DNA of 63,394 nucleotides from a virus (Duplodnaviria > Caudoviricetes): IMG/VR virus record IMGVR_UViG_3300017771_000005, positions 1 to 63,394 of that record; one strand, 5' to 3'. The notes below the pieces were generated by a model. The model was not told where the DNA came from and did not search any database. It was given only the letters and a program-made list of their open reading frames with translations. Both the position numbers and the translations under genes were made by a program. Positions 40,271 to 52,171 of this stretch are shown one piece after another (position 1 is the stretch's first letter; the number at the start of each line of letters is the position of its first letter).

Positions 40271-43200
40271 CTATGGTACTAAGAATTTTAGAGGTTTCAT
40301 TCTTCTCACAACTGGGGAAGTATCAATTCCCACGATACCTTGTGAGAAGTATGCAGGAAATTCATTCGCTTCCTCTCTAAATGTGATATCAATTTGGCCC
40401 CAACTATATGCACCGTAAAAATCACCAAACTTTGGCATAGTGGCGTCAATGAAAGTATCACATTTAACGAAAACTCGTTTCACAGCAGTAGAACCAATTC
40501 CAGTAACGGTACCAGTTTCAGTAGTTGCCTGGAGAACTTGATAAATGTTATCAATTGCTTCTGTACCAACACCAATGTTACTATTGTCATTTCTAAATGA
40601 TGTTGTTCCAGTTGATGGACCAGAATTAGATCCTTTAACAACCAAATAATCTTCAAATTCCAATGTGCTTACAGTTTTTGCTGTTCCAATAACATTGGTA
40701 TCCCTAAATCTAGAATCCATTGGGATGAATGTATCTAGGAATATACCAAAGTTTGCACCAACAAATCCGGTTCTAATTCCAACAATATTTCCAAAGTCGC
40801 CATCATAAACACACTTGATTGCTTTCTCGTGCTTCACTGCAACATCAAAAGCAACAGGAGTTGAGTCAATGATTTCTACAATCTTCTGTTCCTTATCATC
40901 AATGTCTTCTTCATCATTATCAAAGAAAGTTCTTACACTATCTACATATGCTTGAGTTGATCCAGTCGTAATTGGTTGAATTAGGTTTGCAACCGCACTA
41001 AGTTGTGGTTCTAATCCAACTCTATTTTTAGCAACTGATACGCCATCAATGAATACATCTTCCCTTTGTTTTATCCATGATACTGGACGTTGTAGACTTG
41101 GATTGTCCACAACCCCAGCACCATCATAGACATTAGTTTCAATAACGTCTGGTGCAAGAATATTATAAACTGTACGATCATCTTCTATGAGACTTGGCGT
41201 ATCACTATTAACTTGTACATTATCACCACGTTTAATTGTTTCTAGGATGTCAATATCCTTGACATCTAGATCGGGAGTTCCTCTGTAGAATAGTGCTTTA
41301 AACGTATCTCCTACTCTTGGTGGTTCAGAGAATAGAATAGTACTACCATTAGAAAATTCATATGCAACATCTGGTTCTTGTAAAACATCATTAACAAAGA
41401 CAAGAAGTACAAATTTAGTATCAACTAAACTTCCACTTCTAGCAATAATTGCAAATCTTTCACCGTCTTTAGTTAAGTTGAATCTCGTTTTTACACCATT
41501 AAATTCATCACTAATATCATCTAAAGGTTGTAGTTGTCCAGGCCACCATGAAGCAAACTTATCAACATAAGTTTCATCAACATCCAGTTCAAAATCATTA
41601 AATGTTGCCGAGTATGTTGGTATTCCAGTAACTCCCCCAACTTCAACTGTTAATTTGTCTCCTGGTAGATATGAGTATCCTTGATTTCTGAGATCAAATT
41701 CAATTATACTAGTTCCGGCACCCACAACAATATCAACCTTAGACGAAACTCCATTACCAGAGTTACCATGGGCATAGATTAAATCTAAATTGACATAAGA
41801 ATTTGGATCATCAAATACTACTTCCGGGGGATTACTGGAGGTGTATCCAGTTCCTGGACTTGTAATAGCGACACTGACAACGTGTCCTCCGGAAACAACA
41901 GCAGTACCAATGTTAAAGATATTTGGAATACCTGCACTGTAAGTTTGAACCCCAACATTAACAACTTGAAGTGCTGCACGATATCCCGATCCAGTATTAC
42001 CAATACTAACTGAAGATATAGTACCTAGACCAGAAATAATAGCAGTACCACCAGCAGAAACTAGTGGTTGATATCCCATACCAAATGTAGATGACGAAGA
42101 TACAATTACACCACCTTTAGGGAATGGTGATCTATTGACATCATACTCCAATCCTGTTGCAATTCCAGTGAACTTAAGATCAGTTTTTGTTCCAGCACCA
42201 TCTTCAATTAGATTGAAATTTTCTCCTGGTTGTTGAACAATATTATTAATCATCAACAGAGCATTGTAAGTAGAAATTCCAGTTACATCAGCGGCATCTG
42301 ATTTTAATGTAAATGTAGATTGAATTCCAGTAAATTGCTCTGAAATATTGTCAAATAACTTATTACCATCATAAGTATGTACCGCACTATCATCTTCAGC
42401 AGTTCTCATGAAGACTCTGCCTTGAAAGGTCGATTTAGTTTGAATGTCGGTACGATCTACTTCATCTGGATCATTGGCGTCTGTTTGTGGAACTGGTCCG
42501 TATGGAGGTTGAGAGAAATTAACTTGGTTTCTAACAATATTATAGTTACCAGTCATTTTGGTAACTTGTGTATCACTTGAGTGCCCAACAAGAACTGTTC
42601 CAAGTTGTGGTCTAATGACTGTTAGAGTATTTGCTTTAATTTTTGATACTCCAGCAATTTTCATGATCTCATCATCTACCTCAATGAGATCATTAGCATA
42701 AAAACCTGTTGCACTATCCAGAGTAATTGATTGGTCTGTTACATCAATGTCACCGAATAGATTTGATGTTCTTGAAGTTCCGACAACTGGTGCTTGAATA
42801 ATGTTATCAATATCAACTAATGCTCTGGTATTTTGTTTTGTTGCATTAATATTATGAATAGTTGAAACACCAACAGATGTCAGATCCATTGGACGTGGGT
42901 TTGGTTTTGCTAAAGCATCTAATGCTGTAGCACATAGTTGAATCTTACTATCGCTCAATTTATAAACAAAACAAAATTCTGGTAGTTTTGTTGTTAATCC
43001 GATACCTGGAGAATTAGTTTGTGCTACACCAATATTATTATTGGTCTTACTGGTATCAGTAGAATCAGAATAATATTGAATTCTTTCGCCAGTAACATAA
43101 TAGTGATTTGGCATCAAAATAGAATTGTTAGTCAAATCGACAATAGATGAGTTTGACCCATCAAATTCTCTTCTAAAGATTGGAAGATTTTTATGTGAAA

Positions 43201-44350
43201 GATTAAACTGTGTCCTAAATCTACCAGTTCCAGCATATCCAAATCTACTGATTCCACTTGTAATAGTACCATTACCAAAATCAACCAATTCAGGATATAG
43301 AGTATCTTCAAAGATAGTTTGTGCTATTCTAAAATATGAAACTTCAACATCTATGTTTGCATTTGGTGTGAATGTCAGATTCATACTACTGGATTTCACC
43401 ACATCAAATGTTCCAAGGTCATCTAAAGGATTACCTGTAAACACTTCTGCAAATTCAAGTATATCAGCATCAATTGTAGTACATACAGTCGTTATTTCAG
43501 ACATGTATACTCTATTATAAGTTAAATCTACTACCTGAACTACGTAATATGCTGATTGATATTTTTTAGCAATACTATCAATAATTGTAGCAGTCGGAGT
43601 TGCACTTGAAGCGATACTGACAGAACCACCTTCCAGTTCAGCATATTTTAACTGATATGGTTCATTGGCATTATTAATATTTGTTGATGTACTAGCAAGT
43701 GAAACTAAATTTACATTAATTTGATATGGTGTGTTATAACTTGCAACGGGAACAAACTTAAAGTCTACATCAGATCCATTTTGATCAATCTGAATGGTTC
43801 CAATTCCAATTCCATTAACTATGCCAGTTCCAGAAAATAATTTACCATAAGATGTTTCATAAACATCTGAACCCGTATTGATCAGTGAAATCTCTTCATA
43901 GTTGTTTTGATCATAACTATCTGAAGAAACCGATAGATGTATCTTATGTGAAGTATCTGTTGATGGCAATTTCAAGAACACATGCGTAGATATACCAGCA
44001 ATGGTTCCAGATACTGTAGTATGATAGGTGCCTACTGATGCTGCACTAGCAAGACTAATTTCATTATCTAATGTGATATCTTGAACATTGTCAAATGTTG
44101 TAAATGCAAATGAGTAGTCGTTCTGTCTCCCATCATTAGATAAGAATTTTAAACTGCCCTCTCCGCCACTTTTTTCTACATCAAAATCACCAATATCATC
44201 CGAGGTAAAGACTTTACCATATTGATTCACAAAAACATCTGTAGCCCCAGGAGCATTCACTACTGATATGAGTTGAGATTGTCTTCTAACCTCAAACTTT
44301 TCGTCCCTTACGGATACGAGTATCTTTTTGTATATCGATTTATTTGCCAT
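40271..44350 (-). CDS. Large baseplate-associated structural protein (distal part of the cyanophage gp7-like protein)
   Basis: Lies between the g7-like ORF and g8; GxGY repeats, LDDIS..FNG....F.L repeats, YSWG near the C-terminus. Confidence 0.7.
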   Translation of the reverse strand: MANKSIYKKILVSVRDEKFEVRRQSQLISVVNAPGATDVFVNQYGKVFTSDDIGDFDVEKSGGEGSLKFLSNDGRQNDYSFAFTTFDNVQDITLDNEISLASAASVGTYHTTVSGTIAGISTHVFLKLPSTDTSHKIHLSVSSDSYDQNNYEEISLINTGSDVYETSYGKLFSGTGIVNGIGIGTIQIDQNGSDVDFKFVPVASYNTPYQINVNLVSLASTSTNINNANEPYQLKYAELEGGSVSIASSATPTATIIDSIAKKYQSAYYVVQVVDLTYNRVYMSEITTVCTTIDADILEFAEVFTGNPLDDLGTFDVVKSSSMNLTFTPNANIDVEVSYFRIAQTIFEDTLYPELVDFGNGTITSGISRFGYAGTGRFRTQFNLSHKNLPIFRREFDGSNSSIVDLTNNSILMPNHYYVTGERIQYYSDSTDTSKTNNNIGVAQTNSPGIGLTTKLPEFCFVYKLSDSKIQLCATALDALAKPNPRPMDLTSVGVSTIHNINATKQNTRALVDIDNIIQAPVVGTSRTSNLFGDIDVTDQSITLDSATGFYANDLIEVDDEIMKIAGVSKIKANTLTVIRPQLGTVLVGHSSDTQVTKMTGNYNIVRNQVNFSQPPYGPVPQTDANDPDEVDRTDIQTKSTFQGRVFMRTAEDDSAVHTYDGNKLFDNISEQFTGIQSTFTLKSDAADVTGISTYNALLMINNIVQQPGENFNLIEDGAGTKTDLKFTGIATGLEYDVNRSPFPKGGVIVSSSSTFGMGYQPLVSAGGTAIISGLGTISSVSIGNTGSGYRAALQVVNVGVQTYSAGIPNIFNIGTAVVSGGHVVSVAITSPGTGYTSSNPPEVVFDDPNSYVNLDLIYAHGNSGNGVSSKVDIVVGAGTSIIEFDLRNQGYSYLPGDKLTVEVGGVTGIPTYSATFNDFELDVDETYVDKFASWWPGQLQPLDDISDEFNGVKTRFNLTKDGERFAIIARSGSLVDTKFVLLVFVNDVLQEPDVAYEFSNGSTILFSEPPRVGDTFKALFYRGTPDLDVKDIDILETIKRGDNVQVNSDTPSLIEDDRTVYNILAPDVIETNVYDGAGVVDNPSLQRPVSWIKQREDVFIDGVSVAKNRVGLEPQLSAVANLIQPITTGSTQAYVDSVRTFFDNDEEDIDDKEQKIVEIIDSTPVAFDVAVKHEKAIKCVYDGDFGNIVGIRTGFVGANFGIFLDTFIPMDSRFRDTNVIGTAKTVSTLEFEDYLVVKGSNSGPSTGTTSFRNDNSNIGVGTEAIDNIYQVLQATTETGTVTGIGSTAVKRVFVKCDTFIDATMPKFGDFYGAYSWGQIDITFREEANEFPAYFSQGIVGIDTSPVVRRMKPLKFLVP

Positions 44351-44355
44351 TTACC

Positions 44356-47300
44356 TTATAATGGGAATGATGTTACGACGTTTTGAACTGCACTATCATT
44401 AAACTCTGAACTAATATCATCAATATTAAGAACTCTATTTGAAATACATTCTGCAAAGTCTTGAAGAATTATAGAGTTAAAAATTAATTCATTTGACACT
44501 AATACGGAGTTAATTGTGAATGCAACTTCCGCTACCAAATCAAAATCAACGGTTTCTTCTAAATCAATTATACTTGATAGATCGTTGATTGTTACAATGT
44601 CACCTTCATTTTGGGATGTAGAAATTCCAGAGAACTCATCATCTTGAGATTCAATAACTAAATCGGAGAATTTCTTAAATCCAGAAGTATGATTTAAATC
44701 ACTAACTAATGGATTCCAATCTTCATATTGTACTTGAGAGTTTACTGCATAGGAGAAGTATTGATAATAATCATTATCATGAATACGTTGAGTTCTCTCA
44801 TTCAAGAAACCAACTTCATCTACAGATCCATCAGCAATAATTGCAGAGGCATTAATATCATAATATGCAATCGATTGAATAATGCTTTCAATTGTAGCAA
44901 TACTTCCAGAAGATTCACCATAAATTCGTTCACCTTTCTCAAATTTACTATTAGTAAAGAGTGACAAATACTCATTATTTTGATCCCAAAACTCCACAAC
45001 TCCAGTATTATTGTTTGTTGTTGAATTTATCGTTTCATTAGTGAAGAATATACCCTTTTTCAGGGTTATTGTGAAGGTAGGGAAGTATTTTTGTGGTACT
45101 ACTCTCCCAATATTTATCGCACTATTATAAACTCCTGGACCAGTTCCAATATCCAAATCTTTTAAACTATATGTGATAGTGGGATCACTTCCACCAATAT
45201 TTGGAACTCTATTTGTCACAGTAAACAATAGATACCCATAGTCTTGGGAATTAAACCCAAAATTACCAAAACTATTAACTTCTGCAGGATCAGAAGAGAC
45301 TGCGGTTTTTTCAACAATAATCTTATCACCGATTTCAAATGGGAAGTCGGAAAGATTGCTGTAACTGTTTGATAATGTTAACGTAACATCTCTAGTTATG
45401 GTATCATATGATATTGTTGAAATTCCAGCACCATTAGTATTATTGATTGCAAGGATTGTTGGAGTTACATCATATAAACCTTTAGTGTTTTTCTTAATGT
45501 CAACACCTTCATCATCATATACTAGTTCAACGTCATCAACAAGTTTTCCAGTGAATCCATCAAGAACAACTAAATCTGGTTTTGTGTTATATCCAATACC
45601 AGCAGTTTTGGGAGTAATGGAATCAAATGTTGATAGTGCTTCAACTCTAATAACTGTTGGTAAGAACGCTGTTGGTCTCAGAGTTTTATCAGAAGAGTAA
45701 TCAAAACCAATGTCTTGAATATCAATTGATACACCCTCTTTCAGTGCACCAATAGTAGTGCTCTGAGGTACAATGATTGCACCACTTCCTATGGTTCCAC
45801 CAATTGAAGTAACAGTTGGAAGAGTTGAGAACGATTTATTCGATTTAGAGATATCAAGAGTTCCTAGAGGTCCTCTAGCAGTCTTAGATGGAGTGCTGTA
45901 CTCGAAAGAACTGTCTGGTAGAGTATACTCGTCAACTTCAAGTTTATTTGGTACAACAAAAGTAAATGATCTCGTAGTAATTCCAGTTATATTATGAGAT
46001 CCATTTACATTACTATTCTCAATAATAATGCTGCTGTTATTGACGATATTATCATCATCAACGATAATTCTAGTTTTCGCTACTGGAATGCTTGAATTAT
46101 TGATTGGAGTTAATTTGTAGTATAGAATGTTTGGAGTTCCATCATTAATTAACAATTCAGTTTTTGATCCAGACTGTCCAACGTTTCCTGTAGGAGTAAC
46201 ATCAAAGGAATTTGGAGAATTTGGAGATCTCTTATACTCATCTCTGAAGAATGGGTCAGTATAAAGTTGGAATTCAAAACAAGATATTCCACCAAATGAT
46301 AGTGAAGAACTGGAAGTATCAAATACAACCTTTTGATTTCTAATCGCTTTGATTGGTGGATTAACAAAGAACAGTTGTGCTGCTTGTTGACTTCCTATGG
46401 ATACTGGTGTTGGAGTTGCTTTGGTAGAATTATAATATGTTTCAGATAGTTGAATTTCATTGGAGTTTTTAACAATTACGAAATAAATTTTATTGTCTTC
46501 CAATCCAGTAGATGGAGTTGTTGCCTTATAAACAACTTTTTGACCAGTGACAAGAGAATGTCCAGTTAAAGTGATTGAATTTGTAGCAACAGTAATTGCA
46601 GATGCTACAATAGTAATAGGATCAAATAGTGTTCTGGAAAGTGCATCATTATATGAAACGAATGAAGTGGTAGTAATACCAGATTCAACATCAAGAATAA
46701 TAGAGTCACCGACTTTCAGTAGATGATCATCTGTTGTATCAACGGTAATTTTATTTTCAATGACACTTGCCTGAAGAATATCAGTAGAAGGGAATTCGGT
46801 CAGGAATCTATGCTTAGTTCCCGTTCCGATACCAGCAAGATATAGGATATTATTATCATTGGTTCCAATACCAACATAATTACCATCTGACCCAAGACCA
46901 ACTAGATTAGAGGAGATACCTACTGTATTTCTAGTGAATCTAACTGCATAGATATCTGATAGGGTTGATAAATTAAAACTTGAAGTTGAGTTGACTCCAA
47001 CAGCAATTGAAGAACCACCATAAGAATTATAATCTAACTTATCACCAGTTCTTAATCCATGATTTGGCAAATAAATTGCTCTTGTTGGGATAGTAATGAA
47101 TGTTGCACCAACTCCAGGATTGCTGAGATAAATTGTACTGGTAATTCCAGGACCATGAGTTTGACCCAATCCTAAAGCATCCTTGGGATCAAAGTAATTT
47201 GTAATGTCAGGAACAAATGTATTATTATTATCAACATTAATGATAAACTTTCTAGATTTTTCAGTCAGTTTATCATATGGGTAATGTTGATCGATGAGAC

Positions 47301-50300
47301 CAGAAATATTAGCAATATTCCTTTCAACTCTGATTCTATGATTTGCTTTATCAACATTTAATACTCTGATAGTCTCAGCACCAATAGTATACTGATCATC
47401 GGGCAGTAAATACTGATAATCTGTGTTGTAGATATTGAAGAATGTGACGATGCCAGTATTTGCAATAGCATCAACATTTTCTCTTAAGGTTAAACTCTTA
47501 CTTAATGTTATAATAGAGTAAGTGTTATCGATAAATGAGTTTGCATTCTCAAGATCCTTAATCTCTACAACGTCATTTGTAGTAAATCCATGTGGAACAC
47601 TGGTCAATCCGACTAGAGTATTCTGTCGTTCAACTGCAGGGAAGAAATATACATCTTCAATCTCTTCAACAGAACTTGTTACTGTAGAGATTGTCTTTCC
47701 TTTTACGCTAGAAATAATTGCGGAAGATTTATTAATTCCAGATTCATCTTGGTAAATTACAGAGTCGCCAACTCTATATCCATCTCCACGGGAAGTAAAA
47801 TCAAAACTTTCTATCCCAGAACGTTGAACTGTTTTAATTTCATTCACCTGTTCTCTTACTAGAGCAGGGTTAATATAGAAATCATATCTAGAACTAGAAT
47901 CTTCCTCACCATATGGTTGAGTATTTCTGAAAACATTTAGTGTAGTAATATCTAAAGATGATTGCTCAGAATCAACATCATAATTGAAAGCAATTGGAAC
48001 AGACTTATACTTATTTCCAATGAAATATGGGAATACTGGTTTCTTCGCTCCTTGGAAAAATGAGGACGAATCGATCGTATCATTTATTGTCGTAAAATAT
48101 GCATAAGTACCATTTGGAAATTCTGGAGTTACGCAATATCTACCATTATATTCATCCAAATATGTGTTAGTTCCATCATTAGTTGCAACGTACTTATAAT
48201 CTTCTACAAAGAAACCATTAGGGAATCCACTTGGTCTATCTGAAGATGGGTTTAGAACATATCCAGATTTGAGTTGAACAACTGATCCGGGGGTATTTAA
48301 TCCAGAGAAACCATATGGTCCATATATTGGGTTTCCGTCGTATGCATATCCAAGTATTGGGGAGTGATACAGATTAGTAGTATCAGGATCAGTATCATTA
48401 TCGATATCATCTCTATAAATTCTAACACCATTAGTATCAATCTTGCTTCCTTTTGTGATAGATCTTAGTGCTCTAGATCCATATAAGTGACAATACTCAA
48501 TCCCATATTTTCTAGAATATGAAATAGAAGGAAAAGAATCATCAGAGACAACTCGCTTAGAATCGATCATCCTTTCAACTTCATTGACAGTCCATCTCTG
48601 GATTCCAGATTCAAAAATTACACCTTGTCCAGTTTCACTTACGGTGAAGAATGTATTATCTTGCTTATATCCTTTTCCTCCGCGAACAACAGTTACAGAA
48701 TCAAGTTCATTATTTTTAATGACAGCAGTTAATATTGCTCCCTGACCAGTAGCACTTTCGATGGTAATTTTGGGAGTTGTTGTATAATCTTTACCTTTTG
48801 AAATAATAATGACTGTAACAATCTCTCCGTTTGCAGATACAATCGGCGCAATCTGTGCTCCAGTTCCACTTCTCAAAGTGATTTCTGGTTGTCTTTGGAA
48901 ATTTAGAATGGATTTGGATCCATAGTCACCACCATTTGCACTTAGATTTACTTTTTTGATTGATCCTTCAAATTTTGGTTGAACTTCAACATTAAAGTTT
49001 TGTGCTGTTTCTGTTGACAGTCCAACTAAACCAGTAACACTAACTTTAATTGGTGGATAATTAAATGTGTGATTTCCACCAGAAGCACCAGTAATATCAA
49101 CATGCTGTTTTGTATCATAATAGAAATCTGACCCAATTCCAGATCCACCAATTTCGGATAACTTAAAATTATCTAAATCAAGTGCAGTTACATAGTATGA
49201 AGATCTAATAGTAGTAAGTCCAGCAATACTAGACCCACTCACTGGGATATAATCAATAATTTCTCCGGATGCAAATCCATGATCTTCATATGAAATTACA
49301 TTTGTTGCTGTTTTAATTCCAGAGTCAGCGACTACAATCTTATTATTGGTATATCCATCTCCCGGATTAATTATATTGATAGAGGTTAAGAATTTTTTCT
49401 TTGTTATCGATGTAATAAGTTGTACACCAGTTCCATATGATGTTAAATCAACCTTATTAGTTCCAGAAACAGCATCTGCAAAAGTATTGTGTAGAGTTAT
49501 TGTCTTTGATCCAGTAACATTGACAAAATATTCAGATAAACTGACAAGACCACCAATTACAGTCTCAGTTTGGTTGTCATATACAATTCTTTCGCCAGTT
49601 TTGAACTTATGATTCTTGATGAATACAATTTCATCATCTGTGAGGTCAAGTGCACCTAAAGAAGAACTAGCATCAAACTCCTCACTGTAAATTTGCTCTT
49701 GTAGACTCGGTTCTGCCGATGCTCCAGTACCATTTCCACCAGAAATGTTGATAACAGGATCAGAAAGGAAGTCAGAACCAATATCAACGATTTCAATTCT
49801 ATCGAGTGAACCTATTACAGTAACTGTAGCAGTTGCACCAGATCCAACAGGGTCAGAAACAATCAAATCTGGTGGATCAATGACATCATATCCAGATCCA
49901 GGTTTAGAAACTTCAATTTTTTCTAATTTTCCATAAAAAATTGCATCAGATGACTTATAATTGCAAATTTCTACTCCATTTTGAAGAATACCAATTTGTC
50001 CTGGTTCAGTTTCTACGACATTTTCATCAAAAGATGGTTCTACCAACTTTCTGACGAGTCTTTGTGACTCCAATTCAGTCTTTTCTAGGTTTTCATCAGC
50101 AAATTTGAGTGGATATAACTCTTGATTGGTTGCTGAAGTCGTAAAAGTGATTAAAAACTTGGCCGATTGCTTAGCAATGGTAATTGCGGACGATCCTTTC
50201 TCAACTTCCTTCTCAATTTGATAGATATTATCTCTACTTCTAGATAATTTAAACTTATCTGCATCAATTTTATAGACAAAATAAATTCCCCTCTCAAGAT

Positions 50301-52170
50301 TAAGTGAATTTGTAGTGGTTGGGGGGGCATAAACTACAACTTCACCAGTTAGTAGTCCGTGATCAGTGACAGTTATAGTCTGAACTGCATCAATATATGC
50401 AATATACTCGGAATCCGGATCATTTGTGGTCTTTTCATCTACATTTGAGATGTCTACATCAAAAATAGTCTCATAATTTGTGATGTTTAGACTCTGAATG
50501 TTATAATTTGGGATGGATGATGAAGTAACATATACAGTTTCATCATAATCAGTATAAACATTCTGTACGTTTGCAGAATATTTGGTAGATTCTGTAAAAA
50601 TTGCACTCTTTGTCTTAGCGACTTGCTTTCTTATCTTATAGAAAGCACCCAAATTGACTAAGGATGAAGTAACAAAATTTAAAGTGTTATTTGATGCCTT
50701 CTGATTTACTGTTCCTACTCTGGTAACACCGTCGGAACCAATCAATTCCACACTATCACCAACAACAATGTTGTTGTCACTAGTTGTTATGACTCTATAT
50801 TGTCCTCCAGGACTTACTTGAAGCGTAATTTCTGCAACATCATAAGTCGTTGAGACATTAAATATCCAATTTGTCGTTTTTACATCTTCAGTTACTCTTC
50901 CAAGAGAACTCAGTTTAATCCTATTTCTCTTTCTGAAGAGGTTATTTGGTCTAACAACGGTAAGATCCGATAATACACCAAGAACTTGTACTCTGATTTC
51001 GGATCCATCATCATCCAAACCAAAACAATAGGTGTCCAGTGAGATTTCTTGTCCCACATCAATGTCTGGGACGTTGCTACACCCATAAAATTCAGTATAT
51101 GACGTATCTGTGTATGAAATATATACGTCTTGATTATTACTTCTTGCTCTTAAAACTCCAGATTTTGGAAATCCAATGGTCGTGTCTACAGAAAAGGTAT
51201 CAGAATTCTTATTTACATTTTGAGTGACATAAGTTTTTGGATGCTGTTCGAATCTTCTTACTAAATTTCCTCTAACATCAATATCTTTATTGAAATCAAA
51301 GTCCAAACTAAGTCTATAATAAGTTTCATTTCCCCTTGAAATAGTTTCTACATTAGCAACTGATGCTGAAATTGTATCATAATTATCATCATCTACTTGA
51401 GATAATGTCTTATATTGTAATTTTGTAACATCTCCTTGGATTTCTTTTACGACTATCTTTTCGGAAATCTTATATTCTGAATCAGAAGATCTAATTGTAA
51501 AATCACTAGGACGGATAATAGTAACATCCTTGCCATATATTGATTTAAATAGGATTTTGAACGCAGAATCTGTACCCTTTGCGGAGTAAAAATCGCTAGA
51601 TTGCTTTACAAAGACATTAGCGTTCAGACCAGAGAAAAAGTCTCTACCTTCAAATCCAGGAGAAAACTGCTTCTTAAGTTTAAATATAAACTGCTTTAGA
51701 AAAATTAAACTTAAATTTGATACTTTTGTGCCTGAGGTGTGAGATTCTCCACTAGTAGACTCAAAAATTAGGTCCGATTGAATAGCATTTTCTTTATATC
51801 CAGTGATTCCACTAAATCCTCGGGAACAATCATAGAATGTAGTATCATCTTTAGACTCATAAGATATAATTTCACTGTCAATTTGCAATAATCCATTACT
51901 GGTTGGGAAACCTTCGGTGCTAGAAACAGTTATTGTAGCATCAACTTTATCAATTTTTGCACTTAATGTAGTAAAATCAACAGCACTAAAAATTACATCA
52001 AGGTCAATGTAAGAATCTAAGTTCTCAACAATATCTAAAGGTTTACCTTGAGAACCAAGGGAAACATAATATTGCTTAATAAACTGAACAAATAAAGGAT
52101 ACTCATCCCTAACAAAGTCTGGAATTTGACTTTGAATTATTTGATTTACGCTAACCTTTCTAATTGACAT
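44356..52170 (-). CDS. gp7: Baseplate wedge initiator gp7-like giant structural protein
   Basis: QIPDFV...YPLFV.F.K.YY, DFY..KGT..A...LF, HSPILGYAYDGNPIYGPYG, DN.YYQ.FSY, H..GF..F. Confidence 0.8.
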   Translation of the reverse strand: MSIRKVSVNQIIQSQIPDFVRDEYPLFVQFIKQYYVSLGSQGKPLDIVENLDSYIDLDVIFSAVDFTTLSAKIDKVDATITVSSTEGFPTSNGLLQIDSEIISYESKDDTTFYDCSRGFSGITGYKENAIQSDLIFESTSGESHTSGTKVSNLSLIFLKQFIFKLKKQFSPGFEGRDFFSGLNANVFVKQSSDFYSAKGTDSAFKILFKSIYGKDVTIIRPSDFTIRSSDSEYKISEKIVVKEIQGDVTKLQYKTLSQVDDDNYDTISASVANVETISRGNETYYRLSLDFDFNKDIDVRGNLVRRFEQHPKTYVTQNVNKNSDTFSVDTTIGFPKSGVLRARSNNQDVYISYTDTSYTEFYGCSNVPDIDVGQEISLDTYCFGLDDDGSEIRVQVLGVLSDLTVVRPNNLFRKRNRIKLSSLGRVTEDVKTTNWIFNVSTTYDVAEITLQVSPGGQYRVITTSDNNIVVGDSVELIGSDGVTRVGTVNQKASNNTLNFVTSSLVNLGAFYKIRKQVAKTKSAIFTESTKYSANVQNVYTDYDETVYVTSSSIPNYNIQSLNITNYETIFDVDISNVDEKTTNDPDSEYIAYIDAVQTITVTDHGLLTGEVVVYAPPTTTNSLNLERGIYFVYKIDADKFKLSRSRDNIYQIEKEVEKGSSAITIAKQSAKFLITFTTSATNQELYPLKFADENLEKTELESQRLVRKLVEPSFDENVVETEPGQIGILQNGVEICNYKSSDAIFYGKLEKIEVSKPGSGYDVIDPPDLIVSDPVGSGATATVTVIGSLDRIEIVDIGSDFLSDPVINISGGNGTGASAEPSLQEQIYSEEFDASSSLGALDLTDDEIVFIKNHKFKTGERIVYDNQTETVIGGLVSLSEYFVNVTGSKTITLHNTFADAVSGTNKVDLTSYGTGVQLITSITKKKFLTSINIINPGDGYTNNKIVVADSGIKTATNVISYEDHGFASGEIIDYIPVSGSSIAGLTTIRSSYYVTALDLDNFKLSEIGGSGIGSDFYYDTKQHVDITGASGGNHTFNYPPIKVSVTGLVGLSTETAQNFNVEVQPKFEGSIKKVNLSANGGDYGSKSILNFQRQPEITLRSGTGAQIAPIVSANGEIVTVIIISKGKDYTTTPKITIESATGQGAILTAVIKNNELDSVTVVRGGKGYKQDNTFFTVSETGQGVIFESGIQRWTVNEVERMIDSKRVVSDDSFPSISYSRKYGIEYCHLYGSRALRSITKGSKIDTNGVRIYRDDIDNDTDPDTTNLYHSPILGYAYDGNPIYGPYGFSGLNTPGSVVQLKSGYVLNPSSDRPSGFPNGFFVEDYKYVATNDGTNTYLDEYNGRYCVTPEFPNGTYAYFTTINDTIDSSSFFQGAKKPVFPYFIGNKYKSVPIAFNYDVDSEQSSLDITTLNVFRNTQPYGEEDSSSRYDFYINPALVREQVNEIKTVQRSGIESFDFTSRGDGYRVGDSVIYQDESGINKSSAIISSVKGKTISTVTSSVEEIEDVYFFPAVERQNTLVGLTSVPHGFTTNDVVEIKDLENANSFIDNTYSIITLSKSLTLRENVDAIANTGIVTFFNIYNTDYQYLLPDDQYTIGAETIRVLNVDKANHRIRVERNIANISGLIDQHYPYDKLTEKSRKFIINVDNNNTFVPDITNYFDPKDALGLGQTHGPGITSTIYLSNPGVGATFITIPTRAIYLPNHGLRTGDKLDYNSYGGSSIAVGVNSTSSFNLSTLSDIYAVRFTRNTVGISSNLVGLGSDGNYVGIGTNDNNILYLAGIGTGTKHRFLTEFPSTDILQASVIENKITVDTTDDHLLKVGDSIILDVESGITTTSFVSYNDALSRTLFDPITIVASAITVATNSITLTGHSLVTGQKVVYKATTPSTGLEDNKIYFVIVKNSNEIQLSETYYNSTKATPTPVSIGSQQAAQLFFVNPPIKAIRNQKVVFDTSSSSLSFGGISCFEFQLYTDPFFRDEYKRSPNSPNSFDVTPTGNVGQSGSKTELLINDGTPNILYYKLTPINNSSIPVAKTRIIVDDDNIVNNSSIIIENSNVNGSHNITGITTRSFTFVVPNKLEVDEYTLPDSSFEYSTPSKTARGPLGTLDISKSNKSFSTLPTVTSIGGTIGSGAIIVPQSTTIGALKEGVSIDIQDIGFDYSSDKTLRPTAFLPTVIRVEALSTFDSITPKTAGIGYNTKPDLVVLDGFTGKLVDDVELVYDDEGVDIKKNTKGLYDVTPTILAINNTNGAGISTISYDTITRDVTLTLSNSYSNLSDFPFEIGDKIIVEKTAVSSDPAEVNSFGNFGFNSQDYGYLLFTVTNRVPNIGGSDPTITYSLKDLDIGTGPGVYNSAINIGRVVPQKYFPTFTITLKKGIFFTNETINSTTNNNTGVVEFWDQNNEYLSLFTNSKFEKGERIYGESSGSIATIESIIQSIAYYDINASAIIADGSVDEVGFLNERTQRIHDNDYYQYFSYAVNSQVQYEDWNPLVSDLNHTSGFKKFSDLVIESQDDEFSGISTSQNEGDIVTINDLSSIIDLEETVDFDLVAEVAFTINSVLVSNELIFNSIILQDFAECISNRVLNIDDISSEFNDSAVQNVVTSFPL

Positions 52171-52171
52171 C

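Noticed and set aside
44340-44360. Stop read-through or programmed frameshift joining the two gp7-like ORFs
   Set aside because: Different frames, no slippery heptamer, and an AAGG SD-like sequence precedes the downstream ATG
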